Assembly: GCA_051251855.1 (NCBI GenBank)
Contig: JBPOGI010000002.1
Span: forward strand, 256,001 to 320,000
DNA from: Roseibacillus sp.
Lineage (GTDB): Bacteria; Verrucomicrobiota; Verrucomicrobiia; Verrucomicrobiales; Akkermansiaceae
Length of the DNA stretch: 64,000 nucleotides
Reading direction: 5' to 3'
A program made the position numbers and the translations under genes. Below the pieces are notes generated by a model that made no database searches, had not been told where the DNA came from, and saw only the letters and a program-made list of their open reading frames with translations. Shown one piece after another: positions 47,071-57,000 of the stretch. Numbering within the stretch: the stretch's first letter is position 1; each line of letters starts with the position of its first letter.

Positions 47071-47853
47071 ATGAACTCGACCGCACACGGTATTGATTTG
47101 TCTGCCTTGCTTGCTGCGACCAAGCAGGCAGGGGAAGTGATTTTGGAGGTTTATGCCCGCGACTTCGAAGTGGAGTATAAGGGTGATGATTCTCCACTCA
47201 CTGAAGCCGATAAAGCCGGTAACGCGGTCTTGATGAAGTTTCTTCGGGGAACATATCCCGAGATTCCGGTCATCTCAGAAGAGAACAAGCCCGAGGAGTA
47301 TTCCGTGCGAAAGGATTGGGAGCGCTTTTGGCTCGTGGATCCTCTCGATGGCACCAAAGAGTTCATCAAGAAGAATGGCGAGTTCACGGTGAACGTTGCT
47401 TTGATTGAAAATGGGGTGCCGATTTTGGGCGTCGTTTACCGACCTACTACCGAGACTTTCCATCTGGGTGTAGTGGGCGAAGGAGCTTGGCGTATCGAGG
47501 GCGACTCCGAAACTCTTCTTGAGCCTCAGCCTCACTATTCTTCTTTGCAGAAAGTACGGGTCGTTGCCAGTCGTTCTCACCTCACGCCTGAGGTGGAGCA
47601 GTTTGTGGCGGACCTCAAGTCAGAGGGAAAGGAAGTGGAGTTTCTCTCGGCGGGAAGTTCTCTCAAGCTTTGCTTGGTAGCGGAAGGGGCGGCGGATGTT
47701 TATCCTCGCTTTGGTCCTACCATGGAATGGGATACTGGGGCGGCTCATGCGGTTGCACTGGCAGCAGGTCGTCAGGTGAATCATCGCGAGACTGGTAAGC
47801 CATTGGCCTACAATAAGGAGAATCTCCTGAATCCTTATTTTATCGTGGAATAG
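47071..47853 (+). CDS. cysQ: 3'(2'),5'-bisphosphate nucleotidase
   Basis: SPLTEAD, SEE, VDPLDGTKEF, ASRSH, GSSLK, EWDTGA. Confidence 0.95.
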   Translation: MNSTAHGIDLSALLAATKQAGEVILEVYARDFEVEYKGDDSPLTEADKAGNAVLMKFLRGTYPEIPVISEENKPEEYSVRKDWERFWLVDPLDGTKEFIKKNGEFTVNVALIENGVPILGVVYRPTTETFHLGVVGEGAWRIEGDSETLLEPQPHYSSLQKVRVVASRSHLTPEVEQFVADLKSEGKEVEFLSAGSSLKLCLVAEGAADVYPRFGPTMEWDTGAAHAVALAAGRQVNHRETGKPLAYNKENLLNPYFIVE

Positions 47854-47872
47854 TTTCTGCAATAAGAGCGGC

Positions 47873-48967
47873 ATGAACGTTCTCATTGCCTGCGACAAAT
47901 TCAAAGGGTCACTCTCCGCGCGGGAAGTGGCTCTTTCTATTCAAAAGGGTCTCGGCGAGGCCTATCAGTGCGAACTTTGCCCGATTGCGGATGGGGGGGA
48001 GGGCTTTGTGGATGCCATGCTGGCAGCGCTGGGTGGCGAGGTGAAGAAATGTGTGGTGCAGGATGCGATGGGGCTGGAAGTGGAAGCCAGCTACGGGATG
48101 TCCGGTGAGATGGCGATCATTGAGATGGCTGATGCCTCGGGTCTCTGGCGTATCGAGGAAGAGCGTCGTGACGTCTTGAGCGCCTCCACTTATGGGACGG
48201 GTCAATTGATTCGTGATGCTATGGCGCAAGGAGCCAGCAAGATTCTTCTAGGGGTGGGCGGCAGTGCTACCAACGATGGCGGAGTCGGGATGGCGGCGGC
48301 TTTGGGTTGGCAATTTTTTGACGAAGAGGGAGAGGCGCTGGCGACGAATCCAGCAGCGTTAGCGGATCTCGCAACTTTGGATGGAAGTGCGGTTCATCAG
48401 CTTCCCGAGATCGAGGTGGCTTGCGATGTTGAGAATCCCCTCCTTGGCGAGCGTGGGGCGACGGCTATTTTCGGTCCCCAGAAGGGGGCTGGTCCTGAGG
48501 AGCGAGAGTATTTGGAGGCTTATCTCACCCATCTCATGGAAGTGAGCGGAGGGGAAGGTTTAGCTAAGATTCTAGGTGCCGGGGCTGCGGGCGGGTTGGC
48601 TTGGGGGCTGATGAAATTCGCCAATGCGCGCTTACGACCTGGTTTCGATATCGTTGCTGATGCGACTCATCTTCACGAGCGTATTGCCAAGGCCGACCTC
48701 GTGATCACGGGGGAAGGTTCTTTGGACGCGCAAAGCTTGGAAGGCAAGGGGCCCATTGGAGTGGCTCGTCTCGCAAAAGCCCAAGGAAAACGGGTGGTCG
48801 CCATTGCGGGGTATATTTCGGAGGAGGTAAAAGCGAGCGGACTTTGTGATGAAGCGATTGCGCTGGCGGATTCGGGGCATCCTCTGGAGCATCTCATTGC
48901 TCATGCTCACGAATTCGTGGAAAAGGGGGCCCGTGACTTTGCTGAACGTGAAGAATTGAAGGGGTGA
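47873..48967 (+). CDS. glxK: Glycerate kinase
   Basis: DKFKGSL, ADGGEG, GGSATNDGG, FGPQKGA, GAGAAGG, TGEGSLD. Confidence 0.93.
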   Translation: MNVLIACDKFKGSLSAREVALSIQKGLGEAYQCELCPIADGGEGFVDAMLAALGGEVKKCVVQDAMGLEVEASYGMSGEMAIIEMADASGLWRIEEERRDVLSASTYGTGQLIRDAMAQGASKILLGVGGSATNDGGVGMAAALGWQFFDEEGEALATNPAALADLATLDGSAVHQLPEIEVACDVENPLLGERGATAIFGPQKGAGPEEREYLEAYLTHLMEVSGGEGLAKILGAGAAGGLAWGLMKFANARLRPGFDIVADATHLHERIAKADLVITGEGSLDAQSLEGKGPIGVARLAKAQGKRVVAIAGYISEEVKASGLCDEAIALADSGHPLEHLIAHAHEFVEKGARDFAEREELKG

Positions 48968-49041
48968 GGAGACTGCGGAAAGGATTCTCTGTAATCAGGG
49001 ATGGCTTAATGAGGCGTGATTGAGGACCATTGAACCGATTC

Positions 49042-50463
49042 ATGAAAATCTCTCTAAAAATACTCGCCATTTTTCTCGGTCTGCTTTTCGTTGCGCCCTT
49101 TTCTCTGGGTGAGGTCTTTCTCGGGCAAGGTTGTATGAGTGGGGAGGTGACGGAGTCGTCGGTCTATCTCCAAACTCGCCTGACTGCATCCCAAGGATTG
49201 AACAAGCAGGGAGACCTAACGGGGGTGGCGGGAGTGGTTGCTTTCGAATGGAGTGTTGAGGAGGGTTTTGCGAACTTAGAGAAAACGGCCTTTCTTTCGA
49301 CAGAGATCGGCAATGATTTTTTAGTGCGAACTCAGCTCACCAACCTTTCGCCTAAAACCCGCTATTACTATCGGGCGCATTTTGGAGAAAATGAGAAGAA
49401 GCTTCAAGTTGGGCCGGTTTGTTCGTTTAAAACCCTTCCCGGGGGAGATGGTGATGGGGAGGTAACCTTTATCGTTGGGAGTTGCATGAACTATTGCAAG
49501 TTTATGTATGGCCGAGACGCAAGGGCGAGTGGGCCCGTGACCGCGACCGACGAAGATAAGCGGCTGGGCTATCCCGCACTTGATCCCATGCGCGAGATGA
49601 AGCCGGATTTCTTCGTGGGGACGGGGGACATCGTTTACTACGACAATCCGGCTCGCAATGCGAAGACCTTGCCCGAACTGCGAAAGTGTTGGCATGAGCA
49701 ATTTCGCTTTCAGCGTATGAAGGACTTCTTGCAGGACGTTCCAAGTTATTGGTCGAAGGACGACCATGATTTTCGCTACAACGACTCTGACAATTCTGGA
49801 GGAGAAAAGTGGGCATCGGCCGAATTGGGGATCAAGATTTTCAAGGAGCAGCTTCCGATTGGCCCGTTGGGTAACAAGGAGACGAAAACCTATCGTACGC
49901 ACCGAGTGAGTGAGCATCTGCAGATTTGGTTCACGGAGGGGCGTGATTACCGTTCACCTAACAAAATGAAGGATGGACCGGAAAAGACGCTCTGGGGTGC
50001 AGAGCAATTGACTTGGCTGCAAAGAACATTGAAGGAGAGTGATGCCAAGTGGAAGTTGTTGATCACTCCGACGCCTCTAGTGGGGCCGGACGATGCCTAC
50101 AAGAAAGACAATCATGTCAACGAGGGTGGCTTTCAATATGAGGCGAATGTTTTCTTCGATTGGTTGGAAGAAAATGCGATCGAGAACTTCATGACCGTCT
50201 GCGGTGATCGTCATTGGCAGTACCACAGTATTCATCCCAACGGACATGAGGAGTTTGCGTGCGGTGCGCTCAATGATGAGAATTCGCGTATGGGGCGGGC
50301 ACCTGGAAGTCCCAAGAGCACGGATCCGGAGGCTCTGATCAAGCAACTGTTTTCCTCGCCCCAGCCGCGAGGAGGCTTTGTTCGTCTGAAAGTGGGGGAG
50401 AGTTTTTCGATCGAGTATTTTACCGCGACGGGGGAGAAGCTTTATGAGGTGAGCAAAAAATAG
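49042..50463 (+). CDS. phoD: PhoD-like alkaline phosphatase
   Basis: N-terminal purple-acid-phosphatase-like domain, GSC, TGDIVYYD, DDHD, RDYRS, GDRH. Confidence 0.85.
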   Translation: MKISLKILAIFLGLLFVAPFSLGEVFLGQGCMSGEVTESSVYLQTRLTASQGLNKQGDLTGVAGVVAFEWSVEEGFANLEKTAFLSTEIGNDFLVRTQLTNLSPKTRYYYRAHFGENEKKLQVGPVCSFKTLPGGDGDGEVTFIVGSCMNYCKFMYGRDARASGPVTATDEDKRLGYPALDPMREMKPDFFVGTGDIVYYDNPARNAKTLPELRKCWHEQFRFQRMKDFLQDVPSYWSKDDHDFRYNDSDNSGGEKWASAELGIKIFKEQLPIGPLGNKETKTYRTHRVSEHLQIWFTEGRDYRSPNKMKDGPEKTLWGAEQLTWLQRTLKESDAKWKLLITPTPLVGPDDAYKKDNHVNEGGFQYEANVFFDWLEENAIENFMTVCGDRHWQYHSIHPNGHEEFACGALNDENSRMGRAPGSPKSTDPEALIKQLFSSPQPRGGFVRLKVGESFSIEYFTATGEKLYEVSKK

Positions 50464-50524
50464 CGCTTTGGCCTAGTGTCACGTCAAGAGAATACCGACG
50501 GATGGGAATTTTGTAGAGTTTTTG

Positions 50525-50741
50525 GGAGAATGCTCGCTTTGCTCGTGAGAAAAGAGAGTTCTCGTCGCTTTTCGACAAAAACTGCGTTGCTCGTCAGTCA
50601 TGAATCCCGATTGCCTCCGCTCCGCTCCTGCTACGCGGTCTGCAACTTCCTCCTCCGGAAGTCGGGAAAGGTTTGCGTTCACTCCTTCCTCGCGCCTTGT
50701 TTTTGGCAAAAATCGACTTCGCCGATCCGTCGCAATTCTCC
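50525..50741. repeat. Structured intergenic element (REP/MITE-like)
   Basis: Nested inverted repeats GGAGAATGC..GCAATTCTCC and CAAAAAC..GTTTTTG enclosing CTGCGTTGCTCGTC...TCCTCGCGCCTTG. Confidence 0.45.
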
Positions 50742-50836
50742 TGACGCAACACTAGGTGGGAGTGATTTTTGGATGAACGAGCAAAGCGGGCTTACATGTT
50801 GCGTAAAATTACATAACGGTTACGTTAATACCTGAA

Positions 50837-53320
50837 ATGCGTAAAACCCCTGCATCTTTCCAAGAGGAAGCAAAGCCCCTTCTCAATCAGTTTCTTGCAA
50901 GAGTGAAGTACGTAGAGTGCCCCTGCTTTCGTGCCTTGAGCCTTTGCCTTTTGAGTGGATTTTCGTTGTCGTTGAATCAGGCTTTGGGACAAGAGATTCC
51001 CGGTTGGGATTTGGTTTGGTCGGATGAATTTACGCAAGCAGATGGAACTGGGCCTGATTCTTCGAAATGGGGTTACGATATTGGGAGAGGTTCCAATGGT
51101 TGGGGAAATGCCGAACTGCAATACTACACCAGCCGAACCGACAATGCTCGTATTGAGAATAACGAGTTGGTGATCGAGGTGAGGCAGGAGAACAACTATG
51201 CGAACTCAGGAGCGAATTACACTTCGGCGCGCCTCCTGACGCAGGATAAGTGGGATTGGACTTACGGTCGCTTCGAAGCTCGCATCAAAGTGCCGAGTGG
51301 TAGTGGTTTGTGGCCTGCCTGTTGGATGTTGGGCAACAATATCGACACCGTGAGTTGGCCTCAATGCGGAGAAATCGATATCATGGAGTTTGTAGGTCGC
51401 TTGCCGCAGGAGATTTTTGGAACAATCCACGGGCCTGGCTATGCGGGTGGAGCTTCCTTTGGAAATATCTACGACTTTGGGTTCGATGTCGCGGATGATT
51501 ACCACGTGTATGTGGTGGAATGGGAGGAAGACCTGATTCGATGGTATGTGGACGGCATTCTCTATCATACTGCCGAACCTAGTGATGTCGCTCCTAACGA
51601 GTGGGTCTTCGATCATGGCCAATTCATGCTGCTCAATGTAGCGGTAGGCGGAAACTTTGGGGGAACCTTGGACCCGGCAGTGACTTTTCCAAAGCAGATG
51701 CTCGTGGATTATGTACGAGTGTATGCGGCGGAAGGTGATGGCAATGTCTTAATGAATCCAGGTTTGGAGTCGGGGGATTTGAGTTCGTGGACTCCCTACG
51801 ATGCTGCAGGGGCGAATGATCCGGGAGCTTTCGTTGAGTCGACGAGTTCGACCTATTACAATGGAGGAAACGGAGGAGGCGACAATGTACTGACTCATTC
51901 GGGAACGTATGTGGCGAAGGTCTTTGGAGACTTTATCGGGGCTGAGAACTTTAATGGCTTTTATCAAGATGTTGCTGCGGCTCCGGATACGACTTGGAGC
52001 GCAGGTGGTTTTGCGCTCACTCATCCTCAGGATCTGATGTCGGGGAATAATACCGCATGGCTGGAAGTGAGCTTCCGTGATGGCTCGGGAACTGTCTTAG
52101 GGCTCTACCGTTCGGATGTTTTGACGTCAGCAAATGTGACGCCGGGGGCTTGGATGGCTTTGTCGGTAAGTAATGAGATAGACCCAAATACTTTTGCGGT
52201 TTTAGGGACGACTTCGGAACTGGAGGCTCCAGCGGGGACGACGATGATTCGTTTCCAAACGGTTTACCGACAAGATGGAGGCAACGATGGGGGATCGATG
52301 TATTTTGATGATCTGAGTTTGGTTGAGATTGTGGTGGTGCCATTGGAAGCTTGTTTTGAAAAAGGAACACTTCTTGAGTGGACTGCAGGAAGCTCGTCGA
52401 GTACTTACCAGCCTCAAACATCTCTCGATGGTCTTTCTTGGGATGACCTTGGTGATATTATTGTTGGTGATTCTGTGACTTCGTTTTTCGCTGCGGAGGA
52501 AGCTGCCTTCTATCAGGTAATTGAAACGACATCGGGGACGACCGGAAACGGGGTTCAGAATCCAGGCTTTGAAGTTGCAGAGGCTCAGATTCATCCCAGC
52601 GTTGGTGCCACCCAGTGGACCATTGCAGGTGCTGAAGATACTGACCCATCCAATGGATTGGCGACGATGACAGCGGAAAGCTCTTACTCCACTTTTACTC
52701 CTCGTAGTGGAAGTCGCATGTTGGTTTTTGAAAGCACCACTCCTCCTGCGCCGGCGGGCGTGAACGCTCCCTACTCGGATGTAAGGAGTGCTCATATCGA
52801 TGTGGATGGTGATACGAGCTATGAACTCTCATTCTATGCGGCGCATGTGATGAAGATCGGAGGAGCGAATCCTCAGGTGAATATTCGATTCTACAACTCG
52901 GGAGGAGCCTATGTAGGTGATGCCGGGTTCGAGAGCTTTTCTTCGCTTGGTTCCACTTGGACGGAAGTGACAAAGACCTTCACCGCTCCTGCCGAGGCGG
53001 CCTTCGCTGAGGTTTCTTGGATTCAAGCCCTTGGCGCTGGCAATGACTGGCATTGGGTAACTCTCATCGACGATGTCGAAATTCTAACGGATAATCTTCC
53101 CGGAACGGATACGGTTCTCCCGACTGTGGTGGAAGAAGGCTATCAGATTTCCTGGCCTTCAGTGTTGGGAAGAAATTACCAGGTGACTTCGAGCGCAGAT
53201 CTGATTGATTTTACAACCGTTGAAGGCTCATTTACGGGCGATGGAACAATGAAGAATCATGCGGGGGCCGCGAATGAGCCTCAGAGGTTCTTTAGGGTAG
53301 AGGAAGTGGTTCTTCCCTAG
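50837..53320 (+). CDS. GH16 beta-1,3-glucanase (laminarinase-like) with carbohydrate-binding-module-like domains
   Basis: WSDEF, GWGNAELQYY, YTSARL, WPACWMLG, catalytic EIDIME, VDYVRVY; two NPG(L/F)E...DD CBM4-like modules. Confidence 0.92.
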   Translation: MRKTPASFQEEAKPLLNQFLARVKYVECPCFRALSLCLLSGFSLSLNQALGQEIPGWDLVWSDEFTQADGTGPDSSKWGYDIGRGSNGWGNAELQYYTSRTDNARIENNELVIEVRQENNYANSGANYTSARLLTQDKWDWTYGRFEARIKVPSGSGLWPACWMLGNNIDTVSWPQCGEIDIMEFVGRLPQEIFGTIHGPGYAGGASFGNIYDFGFDVADDYHVYVVEWEEDLIRWYVDGILYHTAEPSDVAPNEWVFDHGQFMLLNVAVGGNFGGTLDPAVTFPKQMLVDYVRVYAAEGDGNVLMNPGLESGDLSSWTPYDAAGANDPGAFVESTSSTYYNGGNGGGDNVLTHSGTYVAKVFGDFIGAENFNGFYQDVAAAPDTTWSAGGFALTHPQDLMSGNNTAWLEVSFRDGSGTVLGLYRSDVLTSANVTPGAWMALSVSNEIDPNTFAVLGTTSELEAPAGTTMIRFQTVYRQDGGNDGGSMYFDDLSLVEIVVVPLEACFEKGTLLEWTAGSSSSTYQPQTSLDGLSWDDLGDIIVGDSVTSFFAAEEAAFYQVIETTSGTTGNGVQNPGFEVAEAQIHPSVGATQWTIAGAEDTDPSNGLATMTAESSYSTFTPRSGSRMLVFESTTPPAPAGVNAPYSDVRSAHIDVDGDTSYELSFYAAHVMKIGGANPQVNIRFYNSGGAYVGDAGFESFSSLGSTWTEVTKTFTAPAEAAFAEVSWIQALGAGNDWHWVTLIDDVEILTDNLPGTDTVLPTVVEEGYQISWPSVLGRNYQVTSSADLIDFTTVEGSFTGDGTMKNHAGAANEPQRFFRVEEVVLP

Positions 53321-53350
53321 GAACGCAGTCGTGACCGGGTCGTTTTTATT

Positions 53351-54031
53351 CTAAGAAGTTGATTGAGCATTTTCGTTGAATCGAAGAATTGAAACGTTTT
53401 TGGGGCGGCTTTCTGTCGCTAAGTGGCAGACGAAGTCTTGGCCGCAGTCGATGGCGGTCAGCTGCATAATGGCTCTGTGACTGGAGGAGATACTTGCGAA
53501 GTGGGGAAGATCGGTTTCAACGTCACAGGGTTCGATTTCAAAGCCTGTTCCCAAGGCTTTCAAGTAGGCTTCTTTTGCGGTCCAGAAGCGGTAAAAGGTT
53601 GTGAGGAGCTGGTCTGCTGTGAGCTCGAAGAGGGTCGCCTGTTCTGTGTGGGTGAGGACTCTCTTGGCGAGTTCTTTTAAGTCTTCTAGGGGGAGGTTTT
53701 TTTCAAGATCGATGCCGAGGGAGGGGGCTGTTGAGACGCCGAGAACGCTGAGTCCCTCGGTGTGCGAAATGTTGAACTCCAATCCGGGGAGGGAGGGTTT
53801 CCCCTGGTTGCTTTCTTCGAAAACGAGGTCTCGGGGATGCTGGGCGAGGTAGTTGGCGAGAATGATTCGTTTAGCGTTTTGAGTGAAGGCGTAGCGTTGG
53901 CGGTCTCTTTCAAAACGGTAGCTCTCTAAGCGGGCGCATTCTTCCTTGTTTAAGCGTGCGGTCTCAATTTCACGATGCTCTAACAGCCAAAGATGAACTT
54001 CATCACAGGCTGGCAGGGTAGGGGTGGTCAT
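53351..54031 (-). CDS. Sfp-type 4'-phosphopantetheinyl transferase
   Basis: GKP, FNISHT, LGIDLE, FWTAKEAYLKALGTG; 3 bp downstream of the megasynthase. Confidence 0.93.
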   Translation of the reverse strand: MTTPTLPACDEVHLWLLEHREIETARLNKEECARLESYRFERDRQRYAFTQNAKRIILANYLAQHPRDLVFEESNQGKPSLPGLEFNISHTEGLSVLGVSTAPSLGIDLEKNLPLEDLKELAKRVLTHTEQATLFELTADQLLTTFYRFWTAKEAYLKALGTGFEIEPCDVETDLPHFASISSSHRAIMQLTAIDCGQDFVCHLATESRPKNVSILRFNENAQSTS

Positions 54032-54034
54032 GGT

Positions 54035-57000
54035 CTAGACACGGTTTCCGAGGAATCCTCGTAACTTGGCTGCGAGGGTGGTGACGTGAGGTTCTTGGAA
54101 AATAGTGAGATGCTCGCCGGGAATGGTGATGACTTTAAGGTCGCCACGGACATAGCCTTCCCAGCCGAGGTGCGGCGGGTAGATGACGCCGTCGCCTTGG
54201 TCTTCGGCAGTGAAAAGCACGACATCGCCATCGTAGGCTTTGGGTGAGTAGCGTCTCATTGCTTTGTCGTGGGCTTCGCGCACGATGACCGTTTGGATCT
54301 TTGGCCCGACGTCCATGCCGGTAGAAGTTGCGACGCTGGCGGCGGCCTTCTCACTCTGGACCTTGAGCTTGTTCACTAATCCTTCGCCAAAGCGTCCGCT
54401 GAGCTTGCCTACGCGACCGACCCAAGACCTATCCGAGTTTTCCGACCATTGGCGGGAGGCGCGTTCAGCAAGGGAGAGGTAGCGTGGAGCCACTGAGGGA
54501 TTGTCGGTGTCGAAGAGGCAGAGGAGTTCAACTTCGTCACCGGCTGCCTTGAGTTGCTGTGCGATTTCGTAGACTACAATGCCACCGAAGCAATAGCCAC
54601 CTAACAGGTAGGGACCTTCTGCTTGTACAGTTTTGATTTGCTTGAGGTAGGTCTTGGCCGTTTCTTCGATGGTGGGAGCAACATCTCCTTCTCCTGAGAG
54701 AGCGGGTGCTTCAAGGGTGTAGAAGGGCCTGTCCTTGGCCAAGCCATCGGAAAGCTGGCGATAAATGAGGGTGCCTCCATCGCCGCCGTGGATGCAGAAT
54801 AGAGGGGATTTTTCGCCCTTCTTGTGAAGAGCCGTGAGGCTGGCCGGAGTCGCTTCGACTGGCTCGCGTGGGGCGAAGCGGGCGGCGAGTTGTTCGATGG
54901 TGGGAGCTTCGAACAAAGTCGAGAGGGGGAGCTTCTTTCCGAACTCTTTGTCGATTTGATTGAAGAGCTTGAGCGCTTGAAGGGAGTGGCCTCCGAGGTC
55001 GAAGAAGGATCGATTAACGGGAAGGTCCGCGGTGCCGAGGACTTTACTCCAAATGGCGGCCATGCGCGTTTCGGTTTCGCCTTGCGGAGCGCGCTCGGAT
55101 TCTTGCGCTGGGGCGTCGTAGCTTTCGAGTTGAAGAAGGGCGCGGTCATCGACTTTGCCGTTTTCGGTAACGGGAATGGTTTCGACGAGAACGATGCGGG
55201 AAGGGATGAGGTGACCCGGCAAGAAAGACTGCAGAAAGATCTTGGCATCAGCCTCGGTGAGGTCGGTGTCTTGAGATGTGAGGTAGGCTACGAGAGTTTT
55301 CTCCTCGGCGTTTTCCCCTTGAGCGACCACGCGTGCTTGGGTGACGTCATGGTGACGGCAAAGCGCTTCTTCGATTTCAGCAGGGTCGATGCGGAAGCCT
55401 CGGATTTTGACTTCGTTGTCGGTTCGGCCCAAGAATTCGATGACGCCGTCGGGGCGATAACGAGCGCGGTCACCAGTGCGGTAGAGCTTGCTGTCGTTCT
55501 CGGATGAGAAGGGGTTGTCAATGAAGCGCTCGGCAGTGAGGGCCTCGTTCTGATAATAGCCGCGTGCCAGTCCATCGCCACCGATGTAGAGCTCACCCTC
55601 GGACATGGGAGGGAGTGGGTTGAACTGTTTGTCTAACAGGTAGACTTCGGTGTTTGAGATGGGTTTGCCAATTGGGACGGAGGCGTTTTCCAGATCGGCG
55701 GATGTGATGGTGTGACAGCAGGTGAAGGTGGTGTTCTCGGTAGGCCCGTAACCGTTGATAAGCTTGAGGTTCGGTAACTGGTTAAGAACTTTGGCAACGT
55801 GATGCTTGGAGAGTACGTCTCCACCGGCGAGGAGTTGCTTGAGGGGGCGGAGTACTTCGAGGTTCTCGTCGACCATGAGTTGAAAGAGTCCTGATGTGAG
55901 CCATAGCGTCGAGATGTCGTAGTCGCGAATGTGACTGGCGATGGTGTCGAGGCTAGGTGCGCCGGGTGGCAAGAGGACGAGCTTGCCGCCATTCAGGAGG
56001 GGAGCCCAAATCTCGAAGGTAGAAGCGTCGAAGGAAAGGGAGGAGGCTTGGAGGTAGACTTGGTTCTCGTCGAGTTGAGCGTAGTTGGTATTGCGAACCA
56101 ATCGTACGATGCCGCGATGAGTGACTTCGACTCCCTTAGCATTGCCGGTAGACCCTGAAGTGAACATCAGGTAGGCGAGGTCGGTGGGGCCGTTTTTGAG
56201 AGGGAGGTTCGAGGTTCCGCTGTCGTTGGCGTCTTCGTCATTGAGAACTTCATCAACGGAGATGACTTTTCCTGAGAAGGACGTGACTTGCTCCTGATAA
56301 TTGGAACGAGTCAAGAGCACGGGCGCGTCGGTCTGGTCCAAGAGGCTGGTGATCCGCTCAACGGGGTAGCAGGGGTCAATAGGAAGGTAGGCTCCTCCTG
56401 CTTTCATCACTGCAAGAGCGGAAATAATGAAGTCGAAGGACCGATCCAGCACGACCGGGATAGGCTGGCTGGCTTTTACGCCGGCTTCGCGAAGTTGAAC
56501 CGCGAGGCGATTGGCAAGGCGGTTGAGAGTTTGGTAGCTCATCGACCAGTCGCGCATTTGGAGGGCGGTTCGCTCAGGGTAGGTGGCGGCGACTTCTTCA
56601 AAGAGTTGCTGCACTGTCGAGGTGCGAGGATAGTCCGTGGTGTTGTTGGCGGACAAGGGGAGCGGGCGTCCCATGGTCTCAGGCGCGGGGGCGGGGAGCT
56701 CTTTACGAGTGGGTCCCTCGGGCTTGTTCGCTATTTCTTCGAGGATTCCGCGATATTGCTTCATCCAGCTTTCGACGGTGCTGTGCTCGAAGACCGCGGT
56801 ATTGAAGTGGCACTCGATACTGACTCCGTTTTTGGATTCAACGAGGTTGAGGAAGAGAAGTTGGTTGACGAAAGACTTCGGGCTATCAAGGAACTCGGTT
56901 TCGAGTCCGTCGAAGGGTTTAAAGTAGTCCATGCGCTCGAGGTTGAAGCCAACTTCGGTCAAGGGCATGCGGCCGGGACGGCGTTGCAGTTGAAGCTTGG

